This document shows positions 37,989 through 50,491 of a DNA stretch of 64,000 nucleotides, one piece after another (position 1 is the stretch's first letter; each line of letters starts with the position of its first letter). The DNA lies in contig BQFW01000008.1 of the NCBI GenBank assembly GCA_020891255.1, positions 2,046,001 through 2,110,000 of the forward strand. The letters are read 5' to 3'. The notes under the pieces are model-generated. The model saw only the letters and a list, made by a program, of their open reading frames with translations. It did not search any database and was not told the origin of the DNA. The stretch comes from Entomortierella parvispora E1425. Lineage: Eukaryota > Fungi > Mortierellomycota. A program made the translations under genes and the position numbers.

Positions 37989-40900
37989 GGTCGGTCCGGA
38001 CCCCAGTTGTCGAAACTGTAGCCAACAACCCTGAGCTAAGTACCTCAAATAAAACTTCACTTGATTCTACACCTCAGAAACATGACTCCAATCATGACAA
38101 GCGAACTCACATCCACGATGCTCTGGTTGTTCTATCGGACCGAAACCAAAACCAAACCAAAAAACCTGTTGCCTCGCCCGCTCCAGTTGCCCTGTCCGCT
38201 CCTCTACCTAGATCCTCCGATACAGATGAACCGGACCCTCTCGCTGTACCGCCGGCACCTAGTGTACCTCTGTCCAAAAAGTCAGTTGAAGAAGTTGAAG
38301 CGTCGTGCGATTCGCCTACACGAATTCACTGTCCAAAAGGCAGAGAGCCAACTGCTCACTTTCATCGGTTCTGTCAATGGCCACGCTGCCAGAATCCTGA
38401 TTGATGGTGGTGCAGAAGGTAATATTATCAGTTCGTCTTTTCAAAAGCGACACCAGCTCCTCCGCACTGAATGCTTGCCCATCCCCATCCTCCTCCCCAA
38501 TGGCTCTTCCTCCCTCACATCACACACCGTCCCCATCACCCTCAACCGCAGCGACTACTCCGATTCGCTCAACCCTATTCTCTATCCTCTCAACAAATAC
38601 GACCTCATCCTTGGCAAACCCTGGCTCACCAAAGTTAACCCTTGCATCAATTGGCGCACCAACGATCTTCATTTCACTCACAATGGAATCGATGTCAAAT
38701 GGAGCTGCCGCGGCTTCAAGGCCGATCACATCCAAAGCCGCACCAAAGGACTCCTCCTCACACACATGCACTTTCATTCCATGGCAACCCTGCCCGGCTC
38801 GGAGGTGTTCCTGGCCCTTATTCGCAACACCCCAGAGCCCTCTGAAGAAACTGACCAACCGCGTACAATTCCCGATATGACCCCCAGAGGTGCGGTCCAT
38901 TGTCATGGAAGAGTTCGCTGATGTCTTTCCGGAGAAACTCCCGGACGGCCTGCCCCCAGACCGTGGTGATGCTATGAAGATCGAGACCGACCCGACAGCC
39001 GACCCACCCTTCCGCCCTGTCATTAGACTTTCAATCGCCGAGCTTGACGAACTTCGCAAACAACTGGACCAATTGCTAGCAGCAGGTTTTATCAAACCCA
39101 GTACCTCTCCCTATGGCGCCCCCGTGCTCTTTTGTGCGGAAGAAGGACGGCACACTCCGAATGTGCGTCGACTACCGTGGCCTCAACAAGATCACCAGGA
39201 AGAACAGACACCCGTTGCCCCGTATCGACGAGCTTCTTGACCGCTTCCGTGGAGCACGCTATTACTCCAAGTTGGACTTGTTATCCGGTTATCATCAGCA
39301 GCGTATCTTTGAACCACACACACACAAGACTGCCTTCCGTTGTCGCTATGGTCACTTTGAGTTCAATGTTGTTCCCTTTGGCCTTACTAACGCTCCTGCT
39401 TCGTTCTCCAATATGATGTTGCGAGTGCTCGATCCAGTCTTGGACAAATGGGTTGTCGTGTATCTCGACGATCTGTTGATCTACTCCAAGACAAAGAAAG
39501 AACACCTGCAGCATCTCCGAAGCGTCCTGGCTCTCCTCCGCAAGAATGGTCTGTACGCGAAATTGAGCAAGTGCTCCTTCATGCAAGACGAAACTGAATT
39601 TTTGGGCCACACCATCACGAAGGACGGGATCAAAACATCGGCCGGGCTCAGCAAAGCCATCAGTGACTGGCCCACCCCCAAGAGCACAAAGGACGTCCAG
39701 CAATTTTTGGGGCTTGCGCAATTTTATCAACAGTACGTATCGGGCTTTGCAGGGATTGCCCTCCCTCTCTCTTCCCTCCTCGCCAACAACACTCCCTTCA
39801 AATGGACCGACGAACAACAATCTGCATTCCTTCAGCTCAAACGCGCCATCTGCTCCGCCCCCGTCCTCCGCATCTTCGACCCTGATCTCTCACCTTTGTC
39901 GAAACAGATGCATCCGGTTTCGCCATCGGTGCAGTGCTGCTGCAGACTGACCGGGAAGGGAATACCCATCCCATCGCATTCACTTCCAGGAAAATGCAGT
40001 CAGCTGAGCGGAACTACCCTGTCCATGAGCAGGAACTGTTGGCTGTCATCCATGCGCTCCGCACTTGGCGCTACTACCTCGATGGAACCAAGTTCAGCGT
40101 CCACACCGACCACGCCACCCTCCGCCACTTCCCCACACAGCCCAAACTCACTCGTCGACAGGCTCGCTGGATGGAGTTGCTTCAGGAATACGACTTTGAC
40201 TTCAAGTATAAGCGAGGAGTTGACAACATCGTCCCAGACGCTCTCTCCCGACGACCGGACTACCGCGAGCCTGACCCTGTTGAGCTATACAACCTCAGCG
40301 TCTCCCTGTCCCCGGACGTCCGTGACCAGCTTGTCCAGGACTACAACGACGATCCTCGACTTGGACCCATCTACAAGGATTGCCTGGATGGGAAGGTTGC
40401 CAATGGATATTCATTCCAGAACAACCTCCTCTACTTTACCCGACGTGGAGCAACCACCCTGGCCATCCCTCGGCACTCCCCGATCCGCCTCACTCTCTTG
40501 CACGACGCTCACGACTCTGCCACTGCTGGACACTTTGGTTTTCAAAAGACTAACGACAACCTGCGCCGTTTCGTATATTGGCCCCACATCGCCAAGGATA
40601 CCCAGCAGTATGTAGCAACCTGCGAGAAGTGTCAAAGGAACAAGGACTCACAGGATCGACCAGCTGGACTCTTGCAACCGCTACCCATTCCTTCGCAACG
40701 TTGGGAGGTAGTCACCATGGACTTCATCGGCCCTCTTCCGCCCACAGCTAGAAATTTTGACGCCATCACAGTGTCTGTCGACAAGCTGACCAAGCAAGCT
40801 CACTTCGCCCCCAGTACTACCTCTGCCACAGCCGTCGACGTCGCCCACCAGTTTTTTGACAACATCTTTAAGCTGCATGGCACACCAACATCCATCATCT

Positions 40901-41784
40901 CGGACCGCGACACTCGATTCACTAGTAGATTCTGGCAAGAGTTGCACAGGCTAATGGATGTCAAACTTGCACTGTCAACCGCCTACCACCCACAGACGGA
41001 TGGGCAGACAGAGGTTATGAACAAGACGCTGAAGACTATGTTGAGAGCGTTTATTGACAACAAGCAGTCTAACTGGGACCAGCTCCTTCCGTCACTGGAA
41101 TTCGCCTATAACAACGCTGTCAATGCATCCACGGGATACTCGCCGTTCTTCCTCAACTCTGGCCAGCACCCTCGTCTCCCCACCGCTCTCCTCGGTAAAC
41201 CCAGCAGCTCAGTCCCCACTGTCGATACCTTCCTGACTGAGCAGGCGACCACCCTTGCCCTGGCCCAGGATGCTCTGCAGCGTGCTCAGGATCATCAGGA
41301 GCAACAGGCAAACAAGCGACGACGGGATCACAAGTACAAGGTTGGCGATAAGGTCCTGCTGCGTGCCACCAATATCACCATCCCAGCCGACAGTATCAGA
41401 CCAGCCGATAAGCTTCGACCTCAATTCCTTGGCCCGTTCACACTTTTGGAGCAACACTCACCTGTCACCTTCCGCGTCGAGCTGCCACCATTCTACAAAA
41501 TCCATGACGTCTTCCACGTTGATACCTTTCGACCCTATTTGCCGTCCCCGGAGTCACTCGGCATTCGAGCTCCTGCCCCCGTGGATCCCACTGTAATTGA
41601 CGGCGAAGAGGAGTATGAAGTGGACGAAATTTTAAAGTACCGCTTCTACCGCAGACAACACCAGTTCCTAGTGTCATTCAAAGGCTACGGCAGAGAAGCT
41701 GACGAATGGCTCCCAGTAAGCAACTTGGACAACTGCATGGACTTGGTCACAACCTTCAAAGAGCAGCACGGTATCATTTTTTAA
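37967..41784 (+). pseudogene. pol: Pol (family A copy 2), entered by a putative -1 frameshift; contains further indels
   Basis: G GGA AAA heptamer at 37967-37973; PR/RT/RH/IN/chromodomain motifs in successive frames. Confidence 0.88.
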
Positions 41785-43075
41785 AAGGGGAAGGTGTAAC
41801 AGGAATACGGTGACATCACGCGATGTGTACCTACAAAAGCTAGAAACTTGCAATATAATAAAACTCACTTCTTGTCTCCACTCCACCCTCGATACTCCTA
41901 TTGCACCAGTCTGCAATTCACAATTCCCAATAAACCATACCTTCCCTCTTTCTCTTGTTCCTGCCTTGTCCAACCGTTGTGATGTTGTCTAAAGTAAGTA
42001 TAGTCTAACGTCAGCAAAGGCTGGAGGTGAAAATGATAACGAAAAGAATAATAACGAACAAAGCTCGCTGCTTACATATGATAGGGACTTTGCTCTCTGT
42101 GCCACAAGGATCAAGCACAGCACTGCTATATGATCAGATACAATCTCGAGAGAATGAACTGGATAGACAGGAGGAGGAGAATGAGCAACAGGATCACGAT
42201 GTAAGCAGGAACGAAACTGAAAGGAGACTAATAAGGACATACCAATGAGCTAAGCACGTCCTAATGGTAACCAAACAGGAGAATAAACAACTACGGAGGC
42301 GAACACTAGGTACTATACTAACTAATAACAACAACAAGGGAGGATTGAAGGGATCTAATCAGTAAGAGCAAGGCTAGAAGTATTCTATCAGGGAAAGGGG
42401 ACAAGGCCGCCTAACTGAGGGTTCAGGAGGGACTCGAGGGAAGGCGACGAGAAGATAAGGGAGGTTCCCAAGCACCAGTTAAGGCCTCAGGGTGGGATGC
42501 CAAGATCGTACAAGTCCACTCAAAAGAGACAAGACATTGTTGGTACCTCGTAAGTGAGCAAGGACACGGAGAAGTGGTTGGCCGAGGTTCTTGACGGGAC
42601 TTGTCGAGGACGGGGAAGATCGTAACTTGTGAGTGTACAAGGTCGATCAACAGAACGCAATAGGTCTGTGATATCCAAAGGTAAGGGGGGGGGGAGGAGG
42701 TTTAGACTAGCTACTAATAGTCTCAGCAATCGGAATTAAGGCGTCGAGCTTGCTGCTGCTGCAAAGGGGATATCGGGCAGGAAGGGGGGGATGTATGTTT
42801 GTGTTCTGAAGGGTTCAACAAAAGTGTACTGGCAGGAATCGTAAAGGAAAAAGGCAACCAGGAGCAAAATGGATTTTGCTCCCTTCTTTATAGAAAAAAA
42901 AAAACTGAAACTAAACAAAATAATAAATGCTACTGAAAATGTATATCTACTCCGATTGATGTGGATCGGGACTCCACATCTACTACACCACACCGATCCC
43001 AGGGTCTCTTTCTCACATCCTCCTATGTGAGAGCAAGCCAGTGAGTGTCTCTGGTGGGCTGATCCCCATATCCTA

Positions 43076-46000
43076 CTAGGTCGTTCGTTTATACGGTCTA
43101 AGGCGACTGTGGTTAACGGGTCGACCTCCATAATATCGATGCCATTGTCCATCGATCTTTTCACTCAATCGATAGGCTCCTCCGGGCAAAGCTTCAACAA
43201 TAACGTAAGGTCCCTTCCATCTGGGTGAGAGCTTACCGCTCCACTGCTTGAGAAGCGCGGATTGATGTACTAGTACCTCATCTCCAACTTCGTACTGTCG
43301 AGGGGGAGGGAGGTCGGCTGCATCGGTGGACCATTTGTGCTCATTTATGATCCTTTGATGAACCTCCGCGCGTAAAACTCCCAAGATTTCCCGTCTCTCC
43401 TCATCCACCTCTTCACGTTCTTCCAAGTCCATGTTGTGGTTAAGATCGATATCCCAGGGAAGGCGGGCTCGTTGCCCAAAAAGGATCTCGAACGATGAAA
43501 CCCCCCGGGTCTGTTTGATCTGGGTCCTCCAAGTCCAGGTAACACGATCCAGAATGGTAGCCCACGCATTCTCTGGTAATCCATCGTGCTGGATGATACG
43601 GGCCATTTGACGCACCATGAAACCATTATACCGCTCTACCATTCCGTTGGTCTGTGCATGATATGCAGAAGCTGGATCCAGATCGATCATATGCTTGATA
43701 CACCATGCTTTGAAGACTCCTGCGGACAACGATGATCCATTATCCGTGATGATACGTTTAGGATGGCCATATTGCATCGCCCAATGTTTTTCAACTGTTC
43801 GCAAGACTAGGTTTCCAGCCAAGGATGACAATGCAACGGACACAACCCATCCGGAGAGATAATCCACCATGTTTAAAACGAATCTCTTTCCATTGGACAT
43901 TGGCAAAGGTCCGACGGCATCTAGTCCCACAGTCTCAAAGATAGTTCGAGGCGGAGGTATGCGATGGAAACGATATCGGGTGGGGTCTCGTGCCTGATAC
44001 CGTTGACATGCATCACAGCTGGATAAGTGTTCCTTAACGTCCTTGTACATCCCAGGCCAGAAGTATCCCTCGGCGATGAGAGTATAGGTCGAAACTACGC
44101 CCAGATGCCCGACGATGGTGGATCCATGAGCGCGTTCTAACACCCTAGATACTTCTCCAGGCGGCACGTATTGGCGAGGCATGCCGCCAGGCGTGCGCTT
44201 GAATAGACGACCTTGAGCAACAAAAATACTTGGGTAGCATGCTCATAATTTTGCCCCTTGAATTTTTTGTCCAAATAGGTCAAAGGATCTCCTTGTAACG
44301 CAGCCACAATTGAGACGAATGGCTCTTGGTCCTCCGAGATGAGCAAAGTGCTCATCAACCTCTTGTTTTCTTGTATCTCAATGGCTTCCTCCACCCCAAG
44401 GTCCGGTAGATCCTCCCCAGTGACATTCTTGTGATGGATGCGAGATAAAGGATCGGAGTCTTTCATGTCCCGCCCGGGTCGATGATGAATGGTAACCCGG
44501 TATTGGGCGATGATTAATGTCCACCGAGTGAGTCGCGCGCTCCTCGAAGAAAGGTTATGCATGTATAACAACGCCCGATGGTCGATGAAGACATGAATCT
44601 CCTTCCCTTCTAACAGATGACTGTGCTTGACGAGGCAATACACTAGTCCTAGCAATTCGCGCTCCGTGGCAAAATAACGAGACTCGGCCCCCGATAATTT
44701 CCGGCTTCCAAAAACAATGGGCTGATATTTGACGTTGATATCGATCCGATCGTCATCTTCTGGGTTCAGACAATGAGCAACCACATGCCCTGTGGCGAAA
44801 TCCGACGTGTCAGCGGATATAATAACCGGTCTCTTATGGTCCATCATAATTAGAACTGGAGCGGTGACCAGAGCAACCTGAATATCGCGGAAGGCTTTCA
44901 TATATTTGGGATCTGACATCCATTTTTCCACAAAAGCGTTTGGATCCTTGTGCAATTTGTACAGAGGAAACAATGGGGCAGCCATTGCAGAAAAGTTGGA
45001 TATGAAATCACACAAAAATAAAGCAAAACCAACGAAACCGCGTAGTTCAGTGACATTCTGAGGCACGGGCCAATATTCCATCTTGAATAGCTTCTTGGGG
45101 TCCGCAGAGATCCGACTATCTCCTACAATCCTTCCCAAGAACTCGCGCTGTTTGACAAAGAACGCCGATTTCTTGCCTGAAAACGAACCGTTGAACATAT
45201 CCATGCGGGCTAGCACTTCTTCAACGGTGCGGAAATGGAGATGAAAGGTGCCGTCGCCTGTAGCCATGTCGTCCACGAAATTCCCTAGTCGTTCCTTGAT
45301 TGTGCTGAAGACCTCGCCCATGTGGCGAGTATACCATTGCATAGAATCGATCAATCCCATAGGCAATACGTTATACTCGTATAATCCATCCGGAAAGGCG
45401 ACGGCGGTGAGGAAGCGACTGTCTTCGGCGATAGGTGATTGAAGATACCCATCTTTGCAATCCCAAAATGACAAAAACTCGCATCCTTGCAACTTGTATA
45501 TCTCGGTGATGGGATCCGGTAGCGGCCATGCCATAGGTGCAATCAACTTGTTGACTGGTATGAAATTAACGCATACCCGATAGGAGTTATCCTTCTTTTG
45601 TATTAAGAGCGGATTGCAGGAGGCAGGAGAGCTGGATCGCCTCATCTTTCCAGCCTTGACCATTTGATCGCGATATTCACATAAAGTGGTTATCTGACCC
45701 GGTGAATATTTCTTGTTGTACGCACGCGGAAACTTTGAGCCAGGCTTGAGGTGGAAAGAAGCGGGTGCTTCCAACATATCAGCGTTCAGAGTCCTTGACA
45801 TCTCGCCCTCCTTTGGAAAGCATTCCTCATGTTTCTGGAAAATACGTCGAATTTCTGATAAATTATCATGCACCTCCGGTATGTCTCCCACATACACTGA
45901 TCGTTCCTCCAAACCAGGCAGCAACATGACCGGAGTGTTAGTCAACCGGTCTCGGCAACGTGGTGCTTCCAGGTGGAAACCATAGGAGTCATTCACCATG

Positions 46001-47775
46001 ATCGGAGAAGCGTCGAAGATAGAACTGATTTCAGCAGATGGTGACGGGTGGGAAGCATCCACAACGGAGAGACATGATACAGGTTGACGACCATCCGGAA
46101 TAGGGGGTTCTGGGAAAACCGCTTGCAAAAACCAACAATTGACAATGTCTCCCTTGGCATCGTCCTGCTTGAGTTGTTCCACGGTAGTGCGCTCTACCCT
46201 CCCTTCCTGGATGTTTCGAATAAGGAGGGCGTATCCTTCATCCCCATCTTCTTTTTCGCTGGTGGAGGACGCTTCGTTATCGGTACCTGAATCCTCGGAC
46301 GTGTCTTCGCTGAGTTCGGCTTCGGATTCACTCGTATCGTCTTGGTTGTCAACGCGAGAAACGATCGGAAGGGTGCGGGCGCGACCATCAATTGTGACCT
46401 TGAATCCTTGGACATGCAAGGTAGTGATAGCAGTAGACCAATTTGTGTATCCGCTGCAAGCCTCGAGAAATGGGCGGCCCAACAAAATATCGAAGTCGAC
46501 AGAGTCCACAATCACGCAGCCCGCTGGAATCATGATACCTTGAATGTCGATAGGAACGCCCGGAGCTTCTCCAGCAACTCCAGCGTTTCCAGTCAAACCT
46601 TTCAACGAAAATGACGAGTAAGGTGTGTGGTTGGTTATCCCGATTTGATCGAGAAATCCACGACGGATAACATTGACACAGGAGCCACCATCCAACAAAA
46701 TCTCGCACTTGGTTCCCATGATGGCAGCTCTGAATCCATGGGTGTCGGTTTTGGATCGTTCCACTCGGTTCAGAAAAACACGTAGCTCTTCTATTTCGGA
46801 CTCGCCCAGTAATAACGAGGGATATTCTTGAGTGAGTAGGACTCGCTCCTCGCGCGGCACAGTTTTCAGCGAGGCTTGTACAGTCCGTCTAATGCTGGGT
46901 GACAACTCCATCAGTTGCCCGATGGTTAAGCCTTCGACTTTGGTGGTTCGTAAGCACTGACGGATGTCAAAAGGTTTCTGCTTCAACTGCAACACGATAG
47001 GATTGGGTAACGACTTCAAAAACGCCTCATCTGACTCGAGGGTAAGATCCGGTCCGTCCGTTTTTTTTTTCTTTTGCTCCCCTTTTTTGTCGTTCTTGCT
47101 GCTCTCTTTTTTCTTTTCAGGCGAGGGTGGCCGTGACTGGTCTTTTTCCTCCCATGTGATCTTCTTGGCCGATGACGCACGCATGCTCGTTCCATCATCT
47201 CTTCCTCCATTCACTTTTCTTGTCTCCATTACTTTTCGACTTTCCTTCGGCGGCACCATCATCCTTCGTAATCCGCCATCTGAGTCGTCCGCCTCCATCT
47301 CATCTCGCCCATCTCTCTCAATTCCCCTCGTTGCCTTGATTGCATCTTGTGCAGCGATGGTTCGTTCGAGCCGGGCCAAGTTTTCCGCAGCAGATGGACC
47401 TTCAATGGAACTTGGGACACTCTCCTTGGGCTTGATGGGAATCTCCACTGCGGTCATCATCTCTCGTCGAGGAGGAGGATCGACATCCATCGAGCGAGCC
47501 TTGGCCGCAGCATGTTGGAGGGCTTTGACATGCGACATGGCAGATGGGCCAACACGTGTAGTCATGGCAGGTGGTCTTTTCAGGACTTGGGTGGCAGCGT
47601 TGGGGCGAGGCACTCCTCGAGGCGGTGGCGCTTTTGCATACGGTAACGAGCTGGTAGGGTTGCGGGTAGTGGGACGAGTAGCAACCAGTACGCTTACTTC
47701 TTCTGTGTTTTCTCCATGGATAGGGTCAGGGGGTTCATGGTTTGGAGTCTCTCCATGGTCCCCTTCTAAAAATCC
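43076..47775 (-). CDS. pol: Pol (family B); one break near 44200-44260, apparently two homopolymer insertions
   Basis: ILLDGGSCVN, FVDD, DTSDFATG, H2C2 finger, LDAVGP, GPY; the pol frame is open back to the gag stop. Confidence 0.85.
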
Positions 47776-49310
47776 ACTTCGACTTCAACAAATCCGAAGA
47801 AATAACAGCGAACGTCGAAATCCTCAACTCCAGCGCCTTCATCGATCCTGGCTTCGACCAACAAAGTTTGAGGTGTCTTCTGCGCGGGGCAATCTCGGGC
47901 TATATGTCCCAACTGTTGGCAATTGTAACACTGTCTCTCAGACATGGGGTTCTTCTCGCCTGAGTACCGAGTGGTGGGCGGTCCAGCCGGTCTAGGAGTA
48001 ACTCGATTACTCTTACTGATGAGGATTTTCAGGCGGTCCAGCTCCTGAGTGACAGCTTCGATGTCGTCCTTGGAAGCTAAATTCTTCTGAGTCGAGTTGT
48101 TTTTGGCAGAGGTAAAGGATTTGGTGTCGCGTTTCACGGACGGGGAGCCGACGGCCTTTGATTCAGATTTGCCACGGTCATCTAACGGGTCCTTCTTCTT
48201 TTGCTTGTCCTTAGCAGTCGGGTTCTTGTCATCGTCATCATCGCTGGACTCGCTTTCATCATCGGTATCGTCCGTTTCCTCGTTATGTCGTACCAGATAC
48301 AACTCGTACATCTTGCGAGAGCATTTATGGGCCTCCTCCATCATATCCTCAAGCTTGTTCTGGTGATGGACCTCCTTGGCAATGTCAGGAAGGAACAAGT
48401 TCTTGAGATAAGCCTTGCGTACGCCTGCTTCATCATACACACCAAGTCCTTGTCGAGTAGCCTGTTGATATTGTTCGTTTAGGATCCTAAAACGGATGTT
48501 GAAGGCCTGGACCGACTCTTTCTTTGTCTGCTTGCACTTGTCCAACTGCGCCAAGGATCCTGAGAGCAACTGATCACGAACGGACATGAAGGTATTGCGG
48601 AAATCCTCGTAGAGGCCTTCGGGGCGAACCTCCCGGTTATTTTCGAGAAAGTATACAAACCATGCCTGTGTTTCGTCTGTTCCCATGGATGCTCCAAACG
48701 ATTCGATGGTACGAGAGGCGGCCGTATGTGGGTTCATGTTGGTAAATTGCGTTCCAGCCCACAATTGGTACTGATGCAGCCATACCTCTGCTTTATGTTT
48801 CTTAGGATTGAACTTTCCAGCCGAACATACACGAGGTTCTTTCTTGCCATGGAAGTCGTTGGGAGGCGTCCGATACTGATCATGAGGGCGTTCGTCACGT
48901 GACCAAGGGCGTTCGAGTCGTTCTCGACTCCTTCCGTCGGCAAAGTTAGAGGGCCTGTAAGGGGTCGAGAAATGGCTGGTCGGCTGAGTCGTCGGTAACG
49001 AGGGAGTGGATTCAGGGATTGGTCCTGGATCGGCAGTTTGGGCGTACTCGGGATGGCGATTAGCGGCTGCCAATTCCGTACGCTTCAGCACGTTCAACAG
49101 CATGCTCTCCATCCTGCTAAGGGTGCTTTCCATCAGCCATTTCTCTCTGTCCGTGGCTACAAACATTTCAGGTGTGTTTTTGAGGTGACCTGGGATCTCT
49201 CCTTCTAGACGCATATCCGGCACACTACTCTCCATGCTGCTAGTGGATGCGGCTGGGGACCGGTCCGCGGAGATACTATCGGAGCTGCGCGGAGACATGT
49301 TGGAATCCAA
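47766..49310 (-). CDS. gag: Gag (family B), 514 aa, CCHC knuckle
   Basis: CYNCQQLGHIARDC. Confidence 0.9.
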   Translation of the reverse strand: MDSNMSPRSSDSISADRSPAASTSSMESSVPDMRLEGEIPGHLKNTPEMFVATDREKWLMESTLSRMESMLLNVLKRTELAAANRHPEYAQTADPGPIPESTPSLPTTQPTSHFSTPYRPSNFADGRSRERLERPWSRDERPHDQYRTPPNDFHGKKEPRVCSAGKFNPKKHKAEVWLHQYQLWAGTQFTNMNPHTAASRTIESFGASMGTDETQAWFVYFLENNREVRPEGLYEDFRNTFMSVRDQLLSGSLAQLDKCKQTKKESVQAFNIRFRILNEQYQQATRQGLGVYDEAGVRKAYLKNLFLPDIAKEVHHQNKLEDMMEEAHKCSRKMYELYLVRHNEETDDTDDESESSDDDDDKNPTAKDKQKKKDPLDDRGKSESKAVGSPSVKRDTKSFTSAKNNSTQKNLASKDDIEAVTQELDRLKILISKSNRVTPRPAGPPTTRYSGEKNPMSERQCYNCQQLGHIARDCPAQKTPQTLLVEARIDEGAGVEDFDVRCYFFGFVEVEVDF

Positions 49311-49383
49311 TGAAGACTGGTTTCAAGTTGATATCGGAAAGAAGAAGAGTTTCTCTTTAATCTCAGACGGGAGGGCTTGTAAT

Positions 49384-49401
49384 TGCCCAGGTTCTCCACC
49401 A
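49384..49401 (-). promoter_or_regulatory. Primer-binding site of family B, tRNA-Ala type
   Basis: TGGTGGAGAACCTGGGCA; the implied tRNA 3' end has U70 and A73. Confidence 0.65.
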
Positions 49402-50491
49402 AATTGGCTTCGGGTGTGATGTTGTCTAAAGTAAGTATAGTCTAACGTCAGCAAAGGCTGGAGGTGAAAATGATAACGAAAAGAATAATAACGAACAAAG
49501 CTCGCTGCTTACATATGATAGGGACTTTGCTCTCTGTGCCACAAGGATCAAGCACAGCACTGCTATATGATCAGATACAATCTCGAGAGAATGAACTGGA
49601 TAGACAGGAGGAGGAGAATGAGCAACAGGATCACGATGTAAGCAGGAACGAAACTGAAAGGAGACTAATAAGGACATACCAATGAGCTAAGCACGTCCTA
49701 ATGGTAACCAAACAGGAGAATAAACAACTACGGAGGCGAACACTAGGTACTATACTAACTAATAACAACAACAAGGGAGGATTGAAGGGATCTAATCAGT
49801 AAGAGCAAGGCTAGAAGTATTCTATCAGGGAAAGGGGACAAGGCCGCCTAACTGAGGGTTCAGGAGGGACTCGAGGGAAGGCGACGAGAAGATAAGGGAG
49901 GTTCCCAAGCACCAGTTAAGGCCTCAGGGTGCCCAAGCGCCAGTTAAGGCCTCAGGGTGCCCAAGCGCCAGTTAAGGCCTCAGGGTGGGATGCCAAGATC
50001 GTACAAGTCCACTCAAAAGAGACAAGACATTGTTGGTACCTCGTAAGTGAGCAAGGACACGGAGAAGTGGTTGGCCGAGGTTCTTGACGGGACTTGTCGA
50101 GGACGGGGAAGATCGTAACTTGTGAGTGTACAAGGTCGATCAACAGAACGCAATAGGTCTGTGATATCCAAAGGTAAGGGGGGGGGGAGGAGGTTTAGAC
50201 TAGCTACTAATAGTCTCAGCAATCGGAATTAAGGCGTCGAGCTTGCTGCTGCTGCAAAGGGGATATCGGGCAGGAAGGGGGGGATGTATGTTTGTGTTCT
50301 GAAGGGTTCAACAAAAGTGTACTGGCAGGAATCGTAAAGGAAAAAGGCAACCAGGAGCAAAATGGATTTTGCTCCCTTCTTTATAGAAAAAAAAAAACTG
50401 AAACTAAACAAAATAATAAATGCTACTGAAAATGTATATCTACTCCGATTGATGTGGATCGGGACTCCACATCTACTACACCACACCGTGA

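Larger units (their letters stand above)
36839..41905 (+). mobile_element. Ty3/Gypsy chromovirus family A, copy 2 (5,067 bp)
   Basis: LTRs 36839-36949 and 41795-41905; TSD CCAGT; PBS at 36950; PPT AAAAGGGGAAGG at 41783-41794. Confidence 0.96.
41978..50485 (-). mobile_element. Ty3/Gypsy family B, near-intact, 8.5 kb
   Basis: LTRs 41978-42992 and 49415-50485 (TGTG..CACA); 4-bp TSD CCGT; gag-PR-RT-RH-IN order, no chromodomain seen. Confidence 0.94.

Noticed and set aside
41989-42729. Recurrent 63-83 aa ORFs at 42k, 49.5k and 52.5k as a novel small-gene family
   Set aside because: They recur because they lie in copies of the family B LTR; no coding signature.
44200-44260. Break in family B pol as a programmed recoding site
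   Set aside because: Removing one G from GGGG and one T from TTTTT gives a smooth FKGKIMSMLPKYFVAQGRLF; more likely homopolymer error or simple mutation.
46964-47995. 343-aa plus-strand ORF
   Set aside because: Antisense shadow of the family B gag-pol junction.
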